NCBI GenBank assembly: GCA_964247055.1 | Contig: OZ176055.1 | Span: 5,146,001-5,210,000 of the forward strand | DNA length: 64,000 bases | Direction of reading: 5' to 3' | Source of the DNA: Paragordius varius | Lineage: Eukaryota > Animalia > Nematomorpha | Part shown: piece by piece, positions 10,801 through 22,640 of the stretch | Position numbering within the stretch: position 1 is the first letter of the stretch | Layout of the letters: every line of letters starts with the position of its first letter | Program-made: the position numbers and the translations under genes | The notes under the pieces: model-generated | Seen by the model: the letters and a program-made list of their open reading frames with translations, nothing else | What the model was told of the DNA's origin: nothing | The model's database searches: none

Positions 10801-12150
10801 CAGGAACTACCCTCGTTCCAATTCTAATTTCTTAGGAACCAGGGTTCTGATTCCAACCGTCCAGGAATCAGTTTGGTTCCGGTTCCACCTCCAAAAAAAG
10901 TGCTCATATGGCTTTATTTAAAAAAATATTTTAATGTTTAAATTATAAATTAATATTGATTTTTATTTTTTAAAAAGATGATCATAGGACAACAATTTTT
11001 TCTCGTATCCGATTGAAATGGAATTAACATTGACAGTTTTTTTATATCTCACCTGTAACACGTCAAGAAAACCAGAGCTAATTAATTAAGTAGATTTTCT
11101 TCTATAAATTATGAACATTTATTTTATTAATTAATGAATCTGGTTATAAATTATTAACTATAGCGTCCATAATCAATTACCCATAACGAAAAATAATGAG
11201 CCACACTATATATCAGTGGTACAAAAACCGTGGTTCACAAGCCGCATGAGACTCTTAAGATTTTTTAGCCACAGATATAAAATATTAAAATTTTATCATG
11301 TCAGATTCATTAGCGGTACATTACGGCTCATAACATAGAAAGAAACTTTTCCACGCTAAATTTTATTTTCATATCTGAATGGTACTGACGATCCAATTGC
11401 TTAGTACATTCATTTTTTTATTTAATAAAGATTTCCTGCGATTGCATAGTTAAAACAAATACACTTATTACCTACCTTTTTACTAATACATTTGGCCGTT
11501 TGATTTTTCTAATAAGTTATGATTTTTACAATCGTTCATATGGTTTCAAAAATGTTGTATGAAAATCATTTATGAAAAGTGAGGAAGCAAAATGGAACCG
11601 GTTCATAATGTAAAGAAGCGGTTCTGAAACCGTTTATTTTGAAGGAGTTACCCGGTTCCGGTCCCACTTTTTTCAAATAATTTTATATATTATATTGCTA
11701 GATTAAAATTATACACCATACGCCACAGTATAAGAAATATATTAAGGACCTGATTGTATTGAAGATGATTTATTTGCATAAAGATCATTCCTCGGATGTG
11801 TTTCACCAAAGTTACATGCATTTGGTAATATCATGATTCGCAATGTTTTGATCTATTATATCATTATAAATTATAGATTGTCTATTATAGTTATTTCAGT
11901 AACACATTTTTAAAGATGTGCCTGCCGGCTTTCCCCAAATATGCCAATAAAAAACATCTCATAAAATTCAATCCTAAAATATAAATTTAGCGCCATTTAA
12001 TTAAAATCACAATGTAACTCCCTGCCTCGTTTAGATGTGCCAGTATATACAACTTATTAATATCAATAGTCGGACATGTCTTAACCTTGACATTTTATAA
12101 ATTTTTTAAAGAATTTTTCTAATGTTTAGGAGAAGTGTCTATCATTATTA

Positions 12151-12211
<61 letters not shown>

Positions 12212-15200
12212 GATTTAAGCCTTTTCAATAAATTTTGAATGTAAGCATGAATATTCTACCAAAAAATGTTTCATGGAGGACCTTTTCTAATATCTGAAAA
12301 ATTATAAATAAAAATTAAATCGAATTTTACTATCTTTCAAAGATGGTATAAAGTGGTAATTTTTACATTAGTAAAAAATAATTTGTTTTTAAATTTTCGC
12401 TAACATACTTCTAATTTCGAAGAAAATAATGAAAGAATTCAAGATATCTACGTGAAATTTATTTTATTATAGTGTTTAAATAAAAAAACTATAATTCAAT
12501 AAAAATATTTTAATAATGATAATTTATATTATTAAGCCTCTTAAATCATTTATTTTAAAATTAAATTAGGTTTATAAAATGTGATGATTTTGTCATAAGG
12601 GTTTTAATGGTCCGAAATTTAATTATTTAATAAAAAGTAAGTTTATTAAATATTATCATCGACTAAAAAAATAAAGTTACAAGATTAAATTTCTGCCAGA
12701 CATGGAAAATAGATGAAAAAAAATAAAATTAACGATAAAGCAAATTGTGCTATAAGTGTGAAATGGCACTGGCTTGCCCAAAGCTGGCGTAATGACAAAG
12801 GATAACCTATGGAGTTTAGGTTCTACATCTGTCATGCCGCCAGTGTTGATTTTTATTAAAAATGTGTGTTAGTGAACAGAAAAGGGCAACTTTTACCAAG
12901 TTTAGATGCTTATTTACAAAGTAAAAGTTATTAGTACACAATTAAATGATCAAAATGGAATAGGGATCTAGGTTTTTCGAGGAATAACATTTTACACTAT
13001 TATATATTTTAAAAAGATTCATAGAAAAAAAGGCTTATAAAATGGATTAATTTAATAATATGCTTTGTTAATTGGTTGATGAATATAGGAATAAAAAGTA
13101 TATTATACAAAAAACAGGCCAATGTTATTGCCCTCTTCACATCCGAAAATGAATATAAATAAATAATTTATTTATGCTGTCAAATATTGTAATTATGTGC
13201 GGCCACCGGATATTTTTGGGCAAAAATGCGGCCCATTAAGATCGTTTTGTATTATTCATTTTATTCCAAGATAAATTCGCGTCATTTGAAATTTAGCAGA
13301 ATTGGGAAAAGAAAATATTAAGTAAAACATAAACCCTAAATCACTGTATCTGACAATTTATGAGATCTATAAAAAATCAAATATTTAAATATTTGGACAT
13401 TTATGGTTTCGAATCCTAAGAGAAAATTTTAATTATTTTTATCCAATAAAATTTCAATTTAAATAATTTAAAAACTAATTCATTTTGTTTATATATTAAT
13501 TATATTTGATGACAATGTAAGTTTTGCAGATGAGCTCTCAAAAATTTAACCTATTAAATTGTTAATATACGGTCCATTCTAAATATCGTCAAAAAATTAT
13601 ATCTATATTTTGTGTGCTTATGTAAAAAGGTTCTAAATTGCGTAAATGAAATAGCAACGTTTGTAAAGGTAATCGCAATGATTTTTTTGTATGTCATTTA
13701 AATTAATGTTTTAAAATTAATATTTAATTTATATAGGTTAGCTCTTATGTAATTAAAGTCTTTATAGTCAAATGATTAATTAAGTAATACATCCATATCT
13801 TAATATTATTATTAATTAGGTGTTCCCAGATAGCTATGCCTAATTTTAAATGACGGGTTTGCATATAATTAAATTATTAATGAAAAAGTAGGTGATCGGC
13901 TGTTTTTGTATGTTTTCTCTTATTGGGCGTTTCCCCAATTTTTTACATATCCAGATAATCATCGACTAGTGGATTGTAAAAAAATTCTTAAAACGTAGAA
14001 GTTTCGCCTTAACACTAATATATGAATAATATTATTAAAATATTGAATATAATAGATTACCAAAAAATATCCAATCGATAATCCAAAATATGCCAAAGCC
14101 ATGTAGTAGCCCTGACTGCCGGCAAAGATCCCGATTATGGAACATGCAATGATGCTAATATTTCATACAAAAATAATTATAATGCTTAGAAAATTATAGT
14201 AAATGCATCAAAAAAGTTTTCCTTTATATCAACTAATATATTTGTAAGCAAAAAATACATTTGCAAATTATATTTGTCTTAAAATACTGTTTCCAAATTA
14301 TTTTACATATGTCTAAAATATATATTAATATTACACCTTTTCCAACAATGAGTGGAGCGATATTCAAAGCCTATAATAGCAAATTAAATGCTTTTAACCT
14401 GTTATAAATATAATCTAAACTGCGCAAATAAATTAAAACATTATTTTTCGGAACCTAAACCTAAAATATAGTAAAACGTAGATACAAATTACATTATATT
14501 TAACAATTAAACCAATCTTGGATAGTACGCCCTAATATTACAATAAACAACAAAAATTCGTATGAAATAAATAATTTAAGAGGGTATAAAATTCATAATA
14601 TTGAGAATTTTGAGAATAAAATAAATGATAAATACCCAACATATTTATATGAAGTAAACGCCAATATATCCATCATACAAAGTGAAATGTCCGTATTCAT
14701 TAAATAGAGTAGTATGGTTATAGTAAGAACTTCTATCAATTGCCAAACCAAGCATGAGCTTGTGCGAATTCCTAACTGTTCGGGAGAAAATCTATATATA
14801 ATTAATTAGAGTATTCTACGATATAAAGCAGTCTAAAAAGTGGACAAAACTTCATGTTAAATAAGGCAAAATAATGCGTCTGATATACTTTTTTATCACT
14901 AAAACTCAACTTACTTAACAATATCATTTATTATACACGTTTTTCAAAATGATTTATATAAACCCGTCTAATTCAATTAAAGTTTTTGGATTTTTAAAAC
15001 TAGTTGATAATTAGTAATGCTTGTAGAAAAAAAAGGGTCCCTAATATAGAGTTGATACAATTATAAGATTTATTTCAAAAACCCTTGTAGAAATCAAGAA
15101 TAACTAAATAGCCAAATAAAATATGAATATTCATAAATATTCAGCCATATCCAAATTGTAATCATAAATGTTTATTCCATGACTAGGTGTGTGAAAATTA

Positions 15201-17900
15201 AAGGTGTTGAATGTGAGTAAAAATTTGTTATGTACAAAAAAGGTATATTAATATTATGCATTCATTACTTCAGGGCACTTCAAAAAATATATTAATGAAT
15301 TTATTTGTTAAAAATGCACCAGAAGTCTTATGGTACTTTTGTTTTAGGCTTTCCGAGTTATATAAGAAAATAAAAGACTATTGTGGGAATTGGTCCATAA
15401 AAAATCGTTTTCATTAAATATTTTTTTAAAAGCCAAATTGCTAATTCTTTTTATCGTTTTTACCCTATTTTCTATTATTTAACATGGATTTTAAATCATT
15501 ATCAACTTTTTATCATTCGGAAACCTTATATCTTTATTATCTTTTAAAATTTTTTTGAATTTTTAAGATCACGTAATTAAAAAATATATAGTTTTCTGAG
15601 TTATTTTTACAATTTTATTGAAAACATTTAAAAGTTAATAATTTCGTTGAATTGGAAAAAAATTAGAAAAAATACATGCAAAAATTATGGTTAAATCACA
15701 ATTCAAAAATATTAAGGAGCAACTTGAAGAAGGACAACTTGAAGTGTTCAAGGACACTCTTGAAGTGAAAATGGTATATCGAATTAAAAAATCTAAATTT
15801 TAAGTGACAATAGGTTTTTTTTAAAAAAAACATGTTAATATCTGGCATACTATATATATATATAGCGCGATTTCGGCTTTGAGATTTTTAAAAAAATTGC
15901 CCATATTAGCGGCGTTACAAATGTTAACTTTACGACCTTACATCTAATTAAAATTTAACATAAATAATATTGCTTTTTAATATATTTTATAATATATATT
16001 TTCCAAAATAATTTGGCATAAGCGTTTATAGATTTCATCAAAATGTTGTCAACTTTGTGCTATTTTTGAGATGGGATAATTACCTTGTAAAAATTACTTT
16101 CTTAAGTAATTCGCCAAAACTATGAGAATCCTTATACAATTTCCTATCAAATAAAATATATTTTCATGATTTTTGTGAGCCTTGTATACATGATATATGG
16201 CGAAAAAAATACTTATTTTGAACACCAAGGATCCAACCACTAGTGAGTATAAAAGTCATGAAAGACATAAAAGGAATATAAAGATCTGGAGCATTAATAT
16301 CAAAACGGGGTGCAATCGGTTGTTTTTCTTGATCGTATTGAAGCGCCCAATCCTATATAAAAACAAAATGAGCAATATGAATTTCACATGAAAAATAGCT
16401 TTAGCCACAGTAATGCCAGTTCATTTAGAACAGATCTTCTGGCAAATTTTTATATCAATGGTAAAATTTAGTTTTAAAAATTTTTTAATAATATACCCAA
16501 AATTTACTATTTTTCGATTTTGAATAATTATTAAAATTATTAATTTCTTAAATGACTCATTGATATACTTAATTACACCAGTTAGATAACCATAGACTAG
16601 ACGAATTTATATATTAAATTTGAAAACATTTCGGATGACCATCTAGTATTTGATTAAAAACTATTGTATCAAACTATTGTATCTCTTTTGTATTTAACCT
16701 GCACACGTTATTTTACCTTGGTTTAAACATGTAAATATTATATATACAAAAAATATTTAAACATCGCAAATTTTATATAGTTTAGTTTTAATTTATCGCA
16801 ATAAATTTTATTGTTTCACTGTTTTTCAAGTCATCACACTCATAAACTCGAAAAACAGCATAAAAATGCTTCTTGATAATTTTTTACCAAAAAATATAAA
16901 AAGATCTCAAAACGCTCAATTTAAAAATAGAAACAACAAAGCATGATTGGAATGCTATCAAGGGTATAACGCCATTTAAAGGAAAAGATGATTTTATCAA
17001 GATATTTCTATGGCCCCTGAATTTTGCATATTTAAAGATAAAAACATTTTTACACCACAGCGTTTTAATTTCATTTATACATAATTTATACATTTCTGCA
17101 TTTGTGTTATAAATTGGCTATAATTATGTCCGAGATGACTGAATAAGGCGTCAAACAATCTTTGATAGGTCAAAACATTCGTACTTGATTTACATTAATA
17201 AATCGATCGATTTTTTGCACTATCTGATATATAATTTTATGCTACTAAATTGGAAATAAATTAGGTTTATAAAATTTTCTTATTAATTTTCGTTAACTAT
17301 CTGATAAATTATTAGCCTTCAGAAAAAAGTTTAAACAAGCATGTATTCGAATCATTAAAATTTCATTCAAAATTATTATAATTTTAATGCCAATAATTAT
17401 TGCTAATATTAATAAAAAAGCATGCTATTAAAACATTTGCAGTCTCTTTGTGATTATTTCATAAAAAACCAGGAGATTAGTTCTTACACCTCATTAAAAT
17501 ATAAAATCACGGTTTAATACATTCTCCAAAAAAACCAAAAAACATGAAGGAAATTCGAATAACAATGTAAGACATTATATAAAAGTTTACTTACTTTATG
17601 TATGTATGGACAAATTAAGATTAATAGTTTGCGTCCTACATAATTTGTATCAACGGCAAAATAGTATTTAAGGCGTGATAAGGAGAACCATCTTTCCAAC
17701 TAATTTATTAAAAACAAAAATGCATACAAATGATTTTAAAAATTAATAAATAGAATTTCGCAAACATTTTAAAATTTTAAAGAAAACCTTTTGACCCATA
17801 AAACTTTTTCCTTGATTGGCCAACTGGTTCCCATAATTAATTGCTATATCAGTTATTGGCTGATAATCCGTAGGAATGGAAGAAAAAATAATAGGTAAAT
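7870..17900 (-). CDS. YIF1: YIF1 (Yip1-interacting factor, ER-Golgi membrane protein); 5' end not fixed
   Basis: Minus-strand exons: 17788-17900 ([17 protein letters not shown]), 17595-17699 ([16 protein letters not shown]), 16213-16352 (DWALQY...[17 protein letters not shown]), 14636-14791 (FSPEQLG...YKYVG), 14061-14154, an exon starting at 11852 ([10 protein letters not shown]; donor at 11816, 11807 or 11750) and 7870-8066 (GTRQK...[14 protein letters not shown]). All phases are compatible and all junctions are GT-AG. A candidate first exon at 19370-19394 (MSFPKRRL) is unverified. Confidence 0.9.
9008..9440 (+). mobile_element. MITE family C copy, right end missing, in last YIF1 intron
   Basis: Begins ACTTGGATACAACTCATTCATTTCAGTCATCCGATTCGAATTGGGG and follows the family C internal sequence to about 9440. 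Confidence 0.7.
10697..11665 (+). mobile_element. Degenerate non-autonomous hAT-like element with GGAACC/GGTTCC subterminal repeats
   Basis: Starts CAGGGTTTCGAACTGGAACC with dense GGAACC/GGTTCC motifs at 10700-10890 and 11590-11660. The architecture matches 60332-62501. The right end is degenerate. Confidence 0.5.
12158..12211. repeat. (AT)n microsatellite
   Basis: About 27 AT units with one AC interruption. Confidence 0.9.
15420..15780 (+). repeat. Partial copy of the foldback element seen at 43735-44345, ending in 21-bp-type repeats
   Basis: Shares the TTTTATCGTTTTTA...GTTGAATTGGAAAAAAATTAG...AATTATGGT AAATCA tract and the AAGGA CAACTTGAAG repeats with 43820-44340. Confidence 0.6.
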
Positions 17901-20032
17901 CTAATAATTATATATTGGTAAAACTGTTATTGGTTGTAGGCAAAGAGAATTAGTACGATAACACCCCTTAACTCTGGAGTCTCAGAGAATCAGATGCATA
18001 TTACATAAACATTGTAATAGTTTTATGACCGTATACATTTTGTAAATTTGGCCATAAAGTATTTTTATCTATGTAATCTGACAAAAAACGGTAATAACGA
18101 ATCAAGTAAAATATATAACAGTATGTATTTAGGCGACTTAAAATAATTTTAAAATAACGACAATAATGATGTACAATTGTTGATGGAAAAACACTTAAAA
18201 ATATTGGAATAGGAGCACAATCCACCACTACCTCCTGATCTTTCCCATTGTTTAATATATGCGAATATTAGGTTGTGATAATATGAAGTTATAGTAAAGC
18301 TGTTTTCCACTAAATATTTGCCCATATTATGGCAGGAAATATAAATTTCATTGATCAAAAAACAAAATAAATTTATGAGATGTTCCAACATTAAAGAAAA
18401 TACAAAATATCGAAAATTAGATCTTTCTGAATGCCAAACTCAGGTTAAACTCATATGGTTGATTTTTGATTATCGGCGACATTTCGATTTCTATACAAAA
18501 ACCAATAATATTTTAATTAGAACAAAAAATATATCGTGTCCCTCATGAATTATTGGTGCAACTTTACTAGCATAATTAAAGTTGGCCATTTGACCATACA
18601 TATTCCATATTCTTTTTAAAATGCAACTATTCTTTTTAAAAAGCAACCATACAAAGCGAGATCTCTGCATTGATTTAGAAACCATTTAACAAATTCCACA
18701 CAAGCCTGCGAATGCAGAAAAATTATTAATTAAACTTTAAAAGATAAAATGGCCCATGTGCTATAATCAGAAGCAAATTCCAGCAACCGAACAGGCTAAA
18801 CAATCATGGCCTGTACCTTGAAATGGAATTAGGGAAGACTTCCAACAAATGATATAAATTCCACATAAAAAATCCTACAATATAAAGAATATGAAAAATT
18901 TTATGAGTATGAAAAAATGAAGGCTTTAGATATTAGCAAACAAATTTTTCTAAAGTAGAGAACGAAAATTGAATCAACAAATAATATTTTAAATTATAAA
19001 ATTATGACCTGTAGTTTTAGTCAAATCATCACCCATGCTTTATTTTTCCAATTAAAATGTATGAATTGGTTTAAAGAATGTGCCTACTGATTGGCACAAG
19101 TAATGATGTGTAGTTTACCTATGACATGACAATAACACGGGGTGCACCCCTTTGTACAATTGGTGAACCAATTGTCAGAGTACCGTGAGCTATATAAGTA
19201 TTTAAAAAAAACCTTTTAAAACTTTTTCTAATAAAATTTTTATGATTGCAAATGTTTATATATATATATATATATATTAAAATACTATTATGATAAATTT
19301 TTTACTGTAGGTTAGTGTTATTAAATTATTATATTAGAAATAAAAAGGAAGTAAAAAAAAATACCGTACATAACCTGCGCTTTGGAAAGGACATTATTGT
19401 TTGATTTTTGGAACAGAGGTTTGATATTAATAGAGTTGTTGATAAGTGACAATAGTTTTATTAAATGAAACGTTAACGACAAAAAACAATTATGATTTAA
19501 CCGAGCAGACGATAACCCAAATAAAATTTATAAGAATATATGATTAAAAGATTATTAAAAATATAATTTAATAGAAAAGGGTACTTATCTTTGATTTTCC
19601 TGTGGCATAGGTACTGTTCCCCTAAACAACTGAAGTTTTACCAGTGACTCAACTTTTATTATAAAAGAATTCATTTCCGAGTATCGAAAAACTTCATCAG
19701 GGTAATAAGCCTCTTTGGATTGCACTCTTTACAAATAAGGAATCATCCATATCCCTAAAGTATAAATATATAATATGTATTTGATGGTTCTGGTGTGTTC
19801 TGTATCAGTATCAGGGGTGAAACAAGATCAATCTAACTTGACAGTTTCAGTCTGTCTAATATCCAAAAGGCAGACGATTTCGCTTCTTCCATCTACTGTT
19901 CGGGAGGCGAATTTCACACGTTTTGTAGTTTACCTATAAATTAGAGATAACATTTTTGAACATGTGTGGTCTTGCTGCTCAAATGTTTTTACGTATTAAT
20001 TATTTATGATTTTATGAATGATTAATTAGCAC

Positions 20033-21812
20033 ATGGAACCTGCGGCAACTCTCTTCAATCTGATGCATAAAGAAATTATTTGCTATATGCAAAAACAGGA
20101 TTTGACAAAAGTTGAATTAGTATTAATATAGGGTTTATATCTTAATAGTTTGGAAATTATGGGGTTTAGAGTTGGACAATGCTTGATTCAACTTTGTATT
20201 TCAAACGATTTTAGTTTAATTAATAATCCCAAATTTACGGAACTTGACGCTATAAAATTTATTTGCAAAGATTTCTGGGCACGTGTTTTTTTGAAACCAG
20301 TTAATAATTTAAAAACTAATCATCAAGTAAATTAACATATATATATTTATATATATAGGGTGTCTATGTTATACAGGACTATGATTTCCTTTTTCTAAGT
20401 AAACAGCTTGATAATAATGAAGAAGAAAGTCTTAAAGTATCATATTATTTTTATTACTGTTTTAAATAATGTTTTAATTATATTTAGAGATTGGCTTACG
20501 CCTAATTATGACAACCCTTAGACTAAATAAAAACTCAACCTGTTTGCAGACTTTTCGCAAAAAGTCTATCACAAATTTCATAAAATTTTAGCATAATGAT
20601 TTATCTATTTTTGTATAATTTTCTTCACCTAATTAGATTAATTTTGTTTTTAATAATTGAATTGCATAAATTCAAGACTTCTAAACAGCCATAAATATTT
20701 AGGGGAAATTTTTAGATTTCGATACACCCTTAAGTGAAGCCAATTTTTAGATTTGGTTTTTTCATATATGGGTGTGAGATCTAATATTTGTTGTGCATTA
20801 TATTTTGGTGTAATTGGACTTGGATTAAAAAATATTATTGATTTGGCGGCATATGATAGTTTTGTTTTATTTATTTGACATAAATTAAGGATTCCAATAT
20901 ATAAATACAAAACTGATCTGTTTTTCCAATATGAATTTTTAATTATTTTTGTAAAAAATAACACTTTTTACATCTAAATAGTTATCGGATTTTTGAATAT
21001 TTATCCGAATAAAGGAAAGAGTGGACTGACAGTGTAATTATATGATTGGCTTGCTTATGAAAGCTATCATGTATTATTGCCATTGTCATTTAAAAATTTT
21101 AGGTTGATACATTTTTAGCGTTTCCACAATGACTCATAAATTTTAAATATAAGGTATTTTGGGTTCTTTATATATTGATAATGTATATAATAGCCGTTAA
21201 TATAATAAATAGTTATATTTGGTTTTGCTTATAACTCTTAAATGGCGTTTGTTTCTTGGTCCGTCCACTTCATCTACAAAATTTAAGGTCAAAATGACAA
21301 ACTATGTATCCAGTAATATGCGATAATTTAAAATGCCTATTACTGCTTTATCCTATTTTTGCGGCGTTAGCGCCAAGTGCCATAGTTAATTCATTATCTC
21401 AAAGATTCCCCAAAGAGGCTAAATAATAAATATTTGAAAAATTTCTAGTGATAAAAATATTGTATTATATTAAAATGATTTTTTTTGGTATCCTGGCCCT
21501 GTTTAAAATATTCCTTTTGCCTAGATTTAACTATGATTAATATATTAATATAGTCGTTATTCAAGTTTAAACTGAGTGAATTTGGAAAATGGACATTTAG
21601 TTAATTTTGGCACACAAAAAATTATATTGTTATTAATTTCTGTTTATTACAAAGAATATCAGTTTTATTAAATTATTTCATAGGTTATGGCATACCCATG
21701 TGGATTGATTCGAGGAGCTTTATATCACCTGGGGCTTAATTGTAACATACATTCCAATATTGAATCTCCAGGCTGCAAATTTCAAATTGAAATCGTTAAA
21801 TTCGTCTCATAA
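20033..21812 (+). CDS. TRAPPC6: TRAPP complex subunit 6 (Trs33), about 152-159 aa
   Basis: Exons 20033-20110, 20132-20326 (possibly split by a non-canonical 21-nt intron at 20194-20214), 20359-20436 and 21684-21812. Motifs LEIMGFRVGQ, KFICKDFW, NLKTNHQGVYVIQD, PCGLIRGAL and CKFQI are diagnostic of TRAPPC6. Confidence 0.92.
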
Positions 21813-21874
21813 CTAAATAATAAATATATGTTTATATTTTTTTACAATTTTAAAGAAAATATATTTGATTTAAA

Positions 21875-22000
21875 TTATCTGCGTACAGCATGCTCCATGG
21901 TGGAACAGTTACAATGTCTCTGCTTAAATAATCCATTATTATGAAAAGTAGTGGGCCTCATGCTCTATCCGCCACACAGAAGATAAAACGAATCCCATTT
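21875..22000 (-). mobile_element. Non-LTR (RTE-like) reverse transcriptase fragment, inverted
   Basis: The minus strand reads GPLLFIIMDYLSRDIVTVPPWSMLYADN, which corresponds to the RT SPLLF...YADD region. Confidence 0.7.
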
Positions 22001-22139
22001 TATGTGAATCTTGTAAAATGTGGGTTAAATACACTAGCCTGAAGAAAAATTAATTGACAGATATACTTTTAAATAGCAAAGCTGGATATTGGGGAAATCA
22101 AACATACCTAAAACACGGGACTTTATTATAAAAAAATTG

Positions 22140-22640
22140 GGTTCGAAATTGTCAACATATTCCACTTATTAGGTAATATTAGTAGTAATAATGAAGATGC
22201 CCAAACAACCATATCCCATAGAATCAAACGCGGCTGGGCAAAATTTAACTAACTCAAATATTTTTTAACACCTAAAGACATAACCGTAAAAAATAAAATT
22301 AAAATGTATTAAGTTGATGTCAGCCCTGCTCTTACATACGCTTGCGAAACTTGGGCCATCACAAAAACATTAGATTCGAGATTAAAAAGAACGGAAGACA
22401 GAATGCTAAAATATATGATGATAAATACTACCATAAATGAACCGATAACAGCTTTTATCAGAACAAATAGAGTTAGTTATTTTGGCTACATATACAGATC
22501 TAGTATAGATTTATCTGCTAAAGAAATTCTTTATTTACATATTCCTGCCCCCAACCGAAAAGGGAGGCTTAAAACAACTTGGACTTAAATCATAGAACAA
22601 GATTTTAAATCCCTAAACATACCTCAAAACGCCACATAGA
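22140..22640 (+). mobile_element. Non-LTR (RTE-like) ORF C-terminal remnant, with stops
   Basis: The plus strand reads FHLLG...SHRIKRGWAKF...SPALTYACETWA...RLKRTEDRML...RVSYFGYIYR...RKGRLKTTW, the typical RTE C-terminal pattern, with in-frame stops. Confidence 0.8.

Noticed and set aside
12775-12800. GCCAGCTTTG match to miR-2 on the minus strand
   Set aside because: Only 10 central nucleotides match and the miR-2 seed (AUCACAG) is absent.
18001-18840. Several overlapping 60-80 aa ORFs in the first YIF1 intron region
   Set aside because: No recognisable motif or coherent exon chain; possibly old TE debris.
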